A stretch of DNA of 32,000 nucleotides, taken from contig CP001848.1 of NCBI GenBank assembly GCA_000025185.1, positions 4,770,001 to 4,802,000 of the forward strand, written 5' to 3'. This stretch comes from Pirellula staleyi DSM 6068. GTDB lineage: Bacteria > Planctomycetota > Planctomycetia > Pirellulales > Pirellulaceae. Every line of letters starts with the position of its first letter. Position 1 is the stretch's first letter. Below, piece by piece: positions 16,780 to 24,483 of the stretch. The notes below the pieces were generated by a model. That model did not search any database. It was not told the DNA's origin and was given only the letters and a program-made list of their open reading frames with translations. Position numbers and translations under genes: made by a program.

Positions 16780-17979
16780 CTACGGCAGCAGCTGAGCTTG
16801 CTCGAGAACATCGCCTTTGCCCAGTCGATGTGGCTTTCCCTCGCTCACAAAAACGAAGTCACTTTCGCCTATCGACTCGACCACCCCCTTCACGCTGCCA
16901 ACCTGGAACGTCTGTCCTTCGGTCAAGCGGAGGGTCTGATTGGTAGGTCGAACATGCAGCCAAACTTCCCCTTGGCCCGAAATGCTTAGCACGGCTGTGA
17001 GTACCGTGAACTTGGCATGATCAAAGGCCAGACGGGCAGTTGGAGGAGGAGTTGGCGGAACATACGGAGGAGGTGGTGGAGGATCGGTCACCGTCACTTT
17101 CATCTTCGACTTCACGGTGGCGACAGGGGCTCCATCATCGCTGGCGGCGATTTCAAATTCGTAGGTGCCGACCTTCGCCGGACGGAACGTGAATTTACCA
17201 GTAGCGGGGTCGATCTTCGCTCCTTCAACTGAAGCCGATGCCAGGGCATAGCTCACTTTGTCGAGCGGATCGGGATCCGCAGCTTTAGCAGTCACCTCGA
17301 CAGAACGACCGATCGCAACGCGCTGATCGGAAACCCCCGAGAGCTTGGGAGGATTGTTCGCTGGTCCAAACAAATTGCGGCCAACGATGGACGAGCGATA
17401 CTCGTCGAGCGACGACAGCATCATCCGATCGCCTGGATTGGTAGAGATCGACGAACTATCGGGGCCGCCAACCAAGGAAATCGCTTCCACCGTCATCTGA
17501 ATCGACAGATTCTTCGAATCCTTCACCGGGCGGATCGTCAGTTTGCTGACACGGTGGAGCAAGTCGACTTCATAAATCGAGTAGAGCAGTTGTACCAGCT
17601 GATCAATCGAACCTTTGCCAGCAATGGTGAAAGTGTGGAGCTCGCCAATATCATCGAGCGGGCGCCGAGTCACAAAAGCGACGTCTTGATCGGTCAGTTT
17701 TGCCTTTTGGACGAGCTGAAAGAGCCAATTCTTGTAGCCCACTTCTGCTTCCGAAGAGTTGCGAGGCAGCGAGCGAGCTGCTAGTTCTTCGAGACGTAGC
17801 TCGGCTTGACGACCTTGCAATACTTCACGCTTTTGGGCGCTGATTTGCGATTCCAGCTCATCGATCCGCTTGCGTTTCGAAGCAAAGCTGGCATCGATCG
17901 ACGTGTAGAAGTAATAGCCTACGATCAGTACGAGCATGCTGCCGACACCGATCGCGAGGAGACGTTCGTTCTGTTTCAC
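16780..17979 (-). CDS. GspM/PilO-like inner-membrane protein fused to an Ig-like domain, poly-Pro linker and PilP/GspC-HR-like C-terminal domain
   Basis: N-terminal TM LLAIGVGSMLVLIVGYYFY, then a coiled coil (RIDELESQISAQKREVLQGRQAELRLEEL). A PilO-like core spans aa ~75-170. The Ig/cadherin-like segment (aa ~210-299) reads AKAADPDPLDKVSYAL..IDPATGKFTFRP..GTYEFEIAASDDG, followed by DPPPPPPYVPPTPPP. The C-terminal ~85-aa beta-rich domain is GEVWLHVRPTNQTLRLTEGQTFQVGSVKGVVESIGESDFVFV. The GTG start overlaps the upstream stop (GTGA at 17976-17979). Confidence 0.7.
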   Translation of the reverse strand: MKQNERLLAIGVGSMLVLIVGYYFYTSIDASFASKRKRIDELESQISAQKREVLQGRQAELRLEELAARSLPRNSSEAEVGYKNWLFQLVQKAKLTDQDVAFVTRRPLDDIGELHTFTIAGKGSIDQLVQLLYSIYEVDLLHRVSKLTIRPVKDSKNLSIQMTVEAISLVGGPDSSSISTNPGDRMMLSSLDEYRSSIVGRNLFGPANNPPKLSGVSDQRVAIGRSVEVTAKAADPDPLDKVSYALASASVEGAKIDPATGKFTFRPAKVGTYEFEIAASDDGAPVATVKSKMKVTVTDPPPPPPYVPPTPPPTARLAFDHAKFTVLTAVLSISGQGEVWLHVRPTNQTLRLTEGQTFQVGSVKGVVESIGESDFVFVSEGKPHRLGKGDVLEQAQLLP

Positions 17980-19565
17980 TGAACACCTCCCTTAGCTGCA
18001 GCGGCTGGCTTGGCTGGGGCTGATACTGGTGTGCTGGCAGCAGGCTGCGACTTCTCTTGCTTCTCGGCTTTCGCCTTTTCCTCGGCAGCACGTTCGGCTG
18101 CGATCGCTTCCATTTGCTCGGGGAAGATCTTGAAATCCTCCTTAAACCGCCACTTTAAATCGGGCGATTCAGCGTCGTATTTGGCTCCACTTCCCGAAAC
18201 GTTGTAGCCGTGGCTGCGAGCCTGCACTTCCATCCGATTGATCACGCCCGTTTCGCTCGCGAGTCCTTGCACGATCAGCTGACCACCACCGGGACGTTCG
18301 CCAACCGGCTGAATCGATGTCGCGACCAACTCTTCTACGCGGGCCTCTTTGGAAGATGGCATCTTGCGTGAGAGTGCATCAAGAGCATCGAGCCAAGTGA
18401 TGTCTCCCACTTCAAATTTTTCGAGCTGCGCGACATCCTCGCGAGGCTTCTTAAGCTTAATGGCGTCGTCTTTGGTGCGCCGCAGTTCGTTGCTAAGCGA
18501 GCTGATCTTGGTGTCGAGGTTTCCCAGTTCCCAGTACAAAAACATTGCGAACGACGCGACCAGCGAAAGGATCGCCGCTGCGGCCAGCACATAGACTCGC
18601 CGCTTATTGGGTGGAATCGGCCGCTTGCGAGGCGAAAGGAAGTCGATTGTTTCGGCGGTCTGCGAGCATTCTCCTTCTAGCATGCCTAGCAGCGGCGCGA
18701 ATGTTCCCGGAAACTCGGGCATGCTCTTGAGCTCACTCGTCACTTCGACGAGCGAGAAAGGATCGAGAAGCTGAACTTCCAGCGAGAGCTCTTTTTCCAG
18801 TGTCCCCTTCACCGCAGCGTGGTGGAGACCATCGCCAAAAATGATCACTTCATCGACCCGACGACCACCGAGCTGATTTTGCGCGGCAATCATCGTGCGG
18901 CGAATTTCACCGACGAGCGACTTCGACTGGATCGCGGGATCGAGCGAGGCTGGGAGTCGCACGGTGCGTGGGAAAATCACCTGTGGACCGATGAGCACCG
19001 ACAGATCGGCGTCGCTCGGCAAGAGGTCGATGAGCATCCGGCAACGCTCGTCGGCATGACGCTTGGCCAGCAAGTTGGCAGCAGCGACTGGACGGAGCGC
19101 GACACGCTTGAGCGACAGTTGTGCCGCCTGACAAACCGATTGCGTTTGTTTCAGAATTTCGGGGGAGATGGCTGCGGCGAGCACATTGGTGCCACCATCG
19201 GTCCCTTTACCGAGTTCGATATAGTCGAGCGGCCAGTCGTCTCCCAGCGTGGTGAACTGACGCAGCGCTTGAAAGCGCACCAGATCGGCAAGTTCTTCGG
19301 GGGGAGCAGGGGGAGTCGAGAGGAACCGGAGTTCGATACTGGACCGGCCCACGGCGACCAGCGTTTCGCTGCGCGCGAGCCCTTCTTTTTGCACGAGCTC
19401 GCTGAGCTTCGTCGCCACTTCCGAATCGGAGACAGTGGTCGCTCCATCGGCGGGAAGCAAGCTGATCGTCCATGCACGATCGATCGCCACTCCGCGCGCT
19501 CGCTTTCGGCCAGCCAGCACACGCAGCTCTTTGGCATCCCATTCAATCGCAACTAGTCGAGACAT
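17976..19565 (-). CDS. GspL-like assembly protein: cytoplasmic PilM/actin-like domain + TM + PilN-like periplasmic domain
   Basis: The N-terminal ~320 aa resembles PilM/GspL-cyto (LVAIEWDAKELRVLAG.., DLLPSDADLSVLIG.., IIFGDG). A single TM (VYVLAAAAILSLVASFAMFLYW) sits at aa ~324-345. It is followed by a coiled coil and a small alpha/beta domain, ending in an Ala/Lys/Glu-rich tail. Confidence 0.75.
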   Translation of the reverse strand: MSRLVAIEWDAKELRVLAGRKRARGVAIDRAWTISLLPADGATTVSDSEVATKLSELVQKEGLARSETLVAVGRSSIELRFLSTPPAPPEELADLVRFQALRQFTTLGDDWPLDYIELGKGTDGGTNVLAAAISPEILKQTQSVCQAAQLSLKRVALRPVAAANLLAKRHADERCRMLIDLLPSDADLSVLIGPQVIFPRTVRLPASLDPAIQSKSLVGEIRRTMIAAQNQLGGRRVDEVIIFGDGLHHAAVKGTLEKELSLEVQLLDPFSLVEVTSELKSMPEFPGTFAPLLGMLEGECSQTAETIDFLSPRKRPIPPNKRRVYVLAAAAILSLVASFAMFLYWELGNLDTKISSLSNELRRTKDDAIKLKKPREDVAQLEKFEVGDITWLDALDALSRKMPSSKEARVEELVATSIQPVGERPGGGQLIVQGLASETGVINRMEVQARSHGYNVSGSGAKYDAESPDLKWRFKEDFKIFPEQMEAIAAERAAEEKAKAEKQEKSQPAASTPVSAPAKPAAAAKGGVQ

Positions 19566-19733
19566 GCGAAACGTATTTCTTTAGAGCGCGACATGTGAGG
19601 TTCGAGCCAATCCCTGCCGACGATCGGTCCGTAGGTAGTGCGCATCCATGTGCCACTAAGTTCCAACGCTCCCGAGCCAGCAAAGTTTCGCATGCTTACG
19701 CAAATTCTGCCACGAATTTATGCGTTCACGCCG

Positions 19734-21305
19734 CTATTGCTCGGTGTAATCGACCCCCAGGGTCTCGAGGGCGAACCCACGTCCCAGGTGGCTGATATCT
19801 CTCCAGAATACTAAGCGGGGGGCGGCAGTTGTAGCATCGAAAATCGCTTCGGCCCGACTTGCTGCCGATCCGCCCTGGAAATATCCCACCACCTGCGCCC
19901 GAAACACCTGTCCGCCACCACAAATGAAGGGTTGCAGCAGTTTCATCTCGTCGAGGGTCACCACCCCTTCGGCAAGCAGCCAGGTTTCATATTGCCGCCC
20001 CGGCTGGTCGGTTCCGGGATCAGCCGAACGCCGCGTGATGATTTGATTGACGATATCCTCGTCCATCCCCGGAATACCCCGCAGAATCGTTGCAGATGCT
20101 TGATTCACGTTAATCCGTCCCGGAATGGTGGTCGCCGGGTTGATCGTGGCCCCATCCATCAGCTGCGGGAGAAAAATGTTCATCGCGCCGATCTCGGCGG
20201 GAATCGGCGAATTGAGAACAACCGATGAGATCTCGCCCGAAAACCGAACGCGTGTTTTTGCTCCCACGAGATCGAGCAATTGCGACAAAGGGAAGCGGGC
20301 GGGGCGCGTCATGTCGAGCGTCCCTTGCGCGCCACTGGTGGCCTCTTGCGAGCCGGTGTAGGGACCATTCTGCCGGTAAGCGACGATGAAGGTCGCCCAT
20401 TCCGCAGGGAACTTTTCCGAGAGGCTGGTGTAGAGCGTGTTGAGGTCGTCGTTGTTGAGATAGATGCGGGGCGAACCATCGGCCGAGAGATTGCTTTCCA
20501 TGCTGTAGAGTGTCAGGTACGACGCCCAGCCACTTCCGGAATAGCTTCCGTCGTCAGCCACTCCTTGCGACGAGTTAGCACTTTCACCCTCTGCTTCGTG
20601 CGGATCGATTGTGCCGTTGCGATTCACATCAGCGCCAAACAGCAGTGCCGGAGTGACGCCGCGCACCAGTAGTAGTTCCTCGACCGTTTCCAGGGGGCCG
20701 TTCTTGCAAGCATAGGCCGGAGAAAGTCCGCTGTAGTAATCGATCTCGGCACCCAAATCACGCGCCTCGTCGTCTTCGTCAATCCAGTCGAGGATCGCAT
20801 CGGCAACATCTTCGGTCATCCCTGGCAAGGCCATGAGGAGGTTCTTCCCCGAGCCTTCCGACTGCGCTTCGAGTGCCAGCAGAGTGTTGAGATTCAGCCG
20901 CGTCGATTCATCCTCGAGTCCGTAGCGAAGGCCACCGTAGTTGCCAGAAGAATCGAGCGACGGTGCGACGACAGCAAAACTGCCGCGAAAATTTGGATCG
21001 GGATCGTCGATGACCGTGCGACCTTTGAACAGGGTCGGGTTATCGTAGATCCCTCCTTGTTCAAGACGAATATCGGGTGTGCTGAAGAGAAACAGCTTCA
21101 CACTATCAAGCCCCGAGTCGACGAGCGCCCGTGTTTGCGTTTGGCGAATCGAAAGCTCAGCCGACTCTTGATGGGCGAGCATCAGATCGCTGAAGGCATA
21201 GCTGCCGAGTGCCAAAAAGGCCACCACCACCAGCACCATGATCAGCACCATGGCCGATCGTTGCTTGGGGATCTTTCGACTAACCTGCGCGCGAGTGCCG
21301 GTCAT
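19734..21305 (-). CDS. gspK: Minor pseudopilin GspK-like (523 aa)
   Basis: The hydrophobic N-terminus lacks Glu+5 (SAMVLIMVLVVVAFLALGSYAF). GspK-typical blocks are RLNLNTLL, LPGMTEDVADAILDWIDEDDEARDLGAEIDYY and GRINVNQASATILRGIPGMDEDIVNQIITRR. The ATG overlaps the upstream stop (ATGA at 21302-21305). Confidence 0.85.
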   Translation of the reverse strand: MTGTRAQVSRKIPKQRSAMVLIMVLVVVAFLALGSYAFSDLMLAHQESAELSIRQTQTRALVDSGLDSVKLFLFSTPDIRLEQGGIYDNPTLFKGRTVIDDPDPNFRGSFAVVAPSLDSSGNYGGLRYGLEDESTRLNLNTLLALEAQSEGSGKNLLMALPGMTEDVADAILDWIDEDDEARDLGAEIDYYSGLSPAYACKNGPLETVEELLLVRGVTPALLFGADVNRNGTIDPHEAEGESANSSQGVADDGSYSGSGWASYLTLYSMESNLSADGSPRIYLNNDDLNTLYTSLSEKFPAEWATFIVAYRQNGPYTGSQEATSGAQGTLDMTRPARFPLSQLLDLVGAKTRVRFSGEISSVVLNSPIPAEIGAMNIFLPQLMDGATINPATTIPGRINVNQASATILRGIPGMDEDIVNQIITRRSADPGTDQPGRQYETWLLAEGVVTLDEMKLLQPFICGGGQVFRAQVVGYFQGGSAASRAEAIFDATTAAPRLVFWRDISHLGRGFALETLGVDYTEQ

Positions 21306-22462
21306 GGCGAGGCTCCCGAGGAAGCTGCCGCATCGGCGCTGCCAGAATTTGCGGCCGCTTCTTCTTCCGCCGCAGCGGTTGCTTCGCGCGTGGCAGCGGG
21401 AATGGCATGCGGCAAGTGCACGACCATGCGAAATTGACGCGTCGCATTGGCTGCGGCAATCAGCGATGGATTCTCTGAGTCTTCAGCCGTTTCTGGATCG
21501 ACACCGACGGTCGTCAGGACCAGTACAATTTCGACAGCCACTGGCAAGCCACCGGCAGAATCGCTATTCCATTCGGTCAGCCACTGCGAGCCATCAAAGT
21601 ACTGCACCTGCATCGACACCACTTCTTCGGCGAGCAACTTCGCGTCACTTGTCGAGACAGAGAGATCGCCGTTCATCTCGGCCCAAGTAGTGACCGCCCG
21701 ATCGAGTTCACGCCGCATGAGTCCACGCCCTTGCCCGGTGCTGCTCGGCTCGGCCTGAGAGGCACCACCCAGTGCGCTACTTGAAAGGCTGGCAGATTCC
21801 TCGCTCCGAACAAAATAAGTCACCGTCTTCACATCGCTCGGAATATCAACCACCCCCAAGTTGCTCGCGCTGTCGATGAGCGTTTGATACTGATCGACTC
21901 GTGGAAGCTTGCTCACATCGACTGAGAACTCGGTCGATGTTCCGTAGAGTCCGACAACAGGCAATGCCAGACCGGTATCTTCCGCTTCAGGATCGGTAGC
22001 GGCAGGGACCGCTTGCGGCGTAGCGCCACTCGCAGCATCTCCGGCCGAGTCACCCGAATCATCACTCCCGGTTCCTGTTCCGCCGCTGGTATTTGATCCC
22101 GAGTCGGCACCATCACCTGTGCCACTGTTGCTCGCTGAATTGGAAGCATTGGTCGCCGCTGTTTGTCCATTGGCTGCCACGAGCGCGAGCCCCGAAAGAT
22201 CGGGAGGGGAGTATTGCACGGCACTCTTCAGGTCGTCGGCCATGTGACGCAGCAGCGCGCGAGCGAGCTGCGCATCTTCCACATTGGTGCGCCGGGCGTC
22301 GAACATGCGAAAGTAGACATCAATCGCCATTCCGACCGCCGACAGCACCAGTACCGACAGTGCGAGCGCGAGAATGAGTTCGAGCAGCGTCATGGCGCGG
22401 CGAATGTTGCGCGAGCGATGGTGGCGGCTAAAGCAAAGGTGATTGTGCGAACTAAGAGCCAC
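21302..22462 (-). CDS. Minor pseudopilin (GspJ position) with prepilin-type N-terminal domain and G/S/T/D-rich insert
   Basis: Prepilin motif RRA/MTLLELILALALSVLVLSAV, with Glu at +5. The low-complexity insert reads NASNSASNSGTGDGADSGSNTSGGTGTGSDDSGDSAGD. The start is uncertain. GTG 22462 gives a 23-aa leader and an 11-nt overlap with the upstream gene. ATG 22393 would give no leader. The track start at 22657 lies inside the upstream gene. Confidence 0.7.
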   Translation of the reverse strand: MALSSHNHLCFSRHHRSRNIRRAMTLLELILALALSVLVLSAVGMAIDVYFRMFDARRTNVEDAQLARALLRHMADDLKSAVQYSPPDLSGLALVAANGQTAATNASNSASNSGTGDGADSGSNTSGGTGTGSDDSGDSAGDAASGATPQAVPAATDPEAEDTGLALPVVGLYGTSTEFSVDVSKLPRVDQYQTLIDSASNLGVVDIPSDVKTVTYFVRSEESASLSSSALGGASQAEPSSTGQGRGLMRRELDRAVTTWAEMNGDLSVSTSDAKLLAEEVVSMQVQYFDGSQWLTEWNSDSAGGLPVAVEIVLVLTTVGVDPETAEDSENPSLIAAANATRQFRMVVHLPHAIPAATREATAAAEEEAAANSGSADAAASSGASP

Positions 22463-23090
22463 GGCGACCTCCGCCGCCCGGAGGCGTTGAGAAATCGGGG
22501 ACCTGAGGAAGCGATGGTGTTCCGCCCCCGCCAGTATTGTTTCCGCCAGCACCGTTGCCGGTTCCACCTCCAGAACTGTTTCCTCCACCAGTGCCACCTG
22601 TTCCGCCTGTACCACTGTCACCCGTGTCGTCAGTGCCATCGCTTCCTGCCGAGGCACTTTGGCCCGACTGCGAAGCCGCGAGTGCAGCAGCTTCTTCCGC
22701 TGCGGCTTCAGCCGACTCTTGCACTGTGGGGTCGATCATCCAGCGCGACAGTGCAAACCTCACCGGTCGTCCAGCAGCGTCGGCACTTTGCTCGACTGTC
22801 ACCGTTACGGCGAGCAATCCCTCCTGCTCAGCCGCTGCAACTTCGACGCTGTAGAGCCATTCCCCCGAATCATCTATCGGCGAGGCGCTCACCGCTTCCG
22901 AGGGTTCGATGCCACTCGTTACTTCCGCCATCTTGGTTTCACACAAGATCTCGGCGGTGGTCAGATCACGTGCCCGTGCAGCTGATCGCGAACCGAGCCG
23001 AAGCAGCTCCCCCAGGACAGCCAGTGATCCACCGAGGATTGCAATCGCCAGCATCACCTCCAGCAGCGAGAGTGCTCGGCGGCTGTTCAT
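22452..23090 (-). CDS. Minor pseudopilin (GspI position) with ~80-aa Gly-rich C-terminal tail
   Basis: ATG 23090 gives MNSRRA/LSLLEVMLAIAILGGSLAVLG, a short basic leader with Glu at +5. The C-terminal tail reads GSDGTDDTGDSGTGGTGGTGGGNSSGGGTGNGAGGNNTGGGG..PPGGGGRRGS. An alternative ATG at 23186 would give a 38-aa His-rich leader. Confidence 0.75.
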   Translation of the reverse strand: MNSRRALSLLEVMLAIAILGGSLAVLGELLRLGSRSAARARDLTTAEILCETKMAEVTSGIEPSEAVSASPIDDSGEWLYSVEVAAAEQEGLLAVTVTVEQSADAAGRPVRFALSRWMIDPTVQESAEAAAEEAAALAASQSGQSASAGSDGTDDTGDSGTGGTGGTGGGNSSGGGTGNGAGGNNTGGGGTPSLPQVPDFSTPPGGGGRRGS

Positions 23091-23258
23091 AACCCAACGA
23101 GTGCGGCGCTTTGTTGCGTGGCTTGCCACGCGATTAGCGTGCCGATGGTGGTGGAAGATGAGTGGCATGATGACAACTGACTGCATTCGCTGCTTTAGAA
23201 TTCAATGTTCGATAAAATATTCTCGGCGATGTTATCCCCAGCGTTTTCTAGGGAAGAG

Positions 23259-23945
23259 CTACGGCATCAAATTCTCGACTTCACCGATATCGCTCACCAT
23301 GCTCGAACCGGTTAAGCCACGCAGCGATACTCGCATTCCCACGTTGCGTTCACCGGTCAGGATCACAAACGCATCGCTCGAACTCCCATCGGGATAGAAC
23401 AAAATCGGACGCGACCAATCGCTACGTCCAAATCCCGAAGTCTCCGCTTCCACAAGAGCCGAGCGGCCTTCGAGCACGGCATCGCCCCCTGCAAAAATAA
23501 CGCCATCGGGAAGAAGCGCGCCCCCAGCAGGAACCTCGGGCGAACTTTGTGCGGCGCCGCTGGTTAAAAACTGCGACTGAGCCATCTCTGCCTGGTTGCT
23601 TTCGATCGACTCATCGCCACTTGCCCAGGGAAGCACCTGATAACCGGAGCCCCCGAGTTGGTAGCGGAACATTTGAATCTGTCCCGAGCGCATCGCGCGG
23701 ACATGGGCGCGGGTAAACTCCGCGCGAACCTTGTCGGCCCCAGTACGGAGACGCTGATCCTTGAGAGCATTCAGCAGCGCCGGAGAAGCGATGGCGGCGA
23801 CTACAATCAAGATTGCCATCACCAGCAGGATTTCAACGAGCGTGAAACCAGTCCGCAACCCAGAGCTTCTCGGTTTTCGTACGCTCCTCGCGCGACGAAG
23901 CTGCGCCGCTTGCAGGAAAATCGCACTCCAACCGAGAAAGCACAT
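23259..23945 (-). CDS. Minor pseudopilin (GspH position), prepilin-type N-terminal methylation domain
   Basis: Motif LRTG/FTLVEILLVMAILIVVAAIASPALL, followed by a GspH-like segment (LRTGADKVRAEFTRAHVRAMRSGQ). ATG 23945 gives a 32-aa leader. An in-frame TTG four codons before the cleavage site is an alternative start. Confidence 0.75.
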   Translation of the reverse strand: MCFLGWSAIFLQAAQLRRARSVRKPRSSGLRTGFTLVEILLVMAILIVVAAIASPALLNALKDQRLRTGADKVRAEFTRAHVRAMRSGQIQMFRYQLGGSGYQVLPWASGDESIESNQAEMAQSQFLTSGAAQSSPEVPAGGALLPDGVIFAGGDAVLEGRSALVEAETSGFGRSDWSRPILFYPDGSSSDAFVILTGERNVGMRVSLRGLTGSSMVSDIGEVENLMP

Positions 23946-23978
23946 CGGGGATGATCTCCGTCGTTCCGCGCGATCCGC

Positions 23979-24407
23979 TTACGGATCGAGCATTACATCG
24001 TCGTCGGAACCACTATTGCCATCGGGACCACTCGACCAAATGCGATAGGTGTTGGCCGTCAGCTGTTCGTAGTTGTAAGGGTTGCTCCAAGGATCGAGAG
24101 GAATCTCTTTCTCGAGATAAGGCCCCGCCCATTTCGCAGGGTTCTTCAGGTCAGCAGGAGCATTCTTGAGCGCTTCAAAACCTTGCTGCGTTGTCGGAGC
24201 AGTGCCGATGTTTAGCGTGTAGGCATCGATTGCCGTCGAAAGGGCCTTGATTTGGTTCTTGGCACCATCGCGATTTGCGTTCTGCTGAATCCGAACGAAC
24301 GACACCGTTACGAGCGATCCCAGAATCACCAGGATGGCCATCACGAGGAGCACTTCCATCAGTGTAAAGCCAGCACGTTTACGACGGCGGTTCAAACGGT
24401 TGTACAT
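23979..24407 (-). CDS. gspG: Major pseudopilin GspG
   Basis: MYNRLNRRRKRAG/FTLMEVLLVMAILVILGSL, then GspG-typical blocks NQIKALSTAIDAYTL, WAGPYLEKEIPLDPWSNPYNY and SSGPDGNSGSDDD. ATG 24407 is preceded by aagga 8 nt upstream. The track start at 24461 adds 18 residues. Confidence 0.9.
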   Translation of the reverse strand: MYNRLNRRRKRAGFTLMEVLLVMAILVILGSLVTVSFVRIQQNANRDGAKNQIKALSTAIDAYTLNIGTAPTTQQGFEALKNAPADLKNPAKWAGPYLEKEIPLDPWSNPYNYEQLTANTYRIWSSGPDGNSGSDDDVMLDP

Positions 24408-24483
24408 CGATACGATCCTTCTGTTGAGAGTAACTGAATGTTGTGTTTTGTTGTGCTTCACTAGCGAAACATGACAGGGACGA

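Noticed and set aside
19642-19655. Sigma-54-like TGGCAC-N-TGC elements on the minus strand, upstream of the GspL-like gene (19642-19655) and upstream of the LTxxQ gene (28663-28676)
   Set aside because: In both cases the GG and GC dinucleotides are separated by 9 nt, not the invariant 10. The -12 element is TGC rather than TTGC. The spacing rule is strict, so I do not call them.
22163-23092. 309-aa plus-strand ORF across the minor pseudopilin genes, and the 27801..28532 (+) ORF opposite the LTxxQ gene
   Set aside because: They are antisense shadows of genes with clear prepilin or LTxxQ signatures. They are composition-driven (Pro/Arg/His-rich) with no start context.
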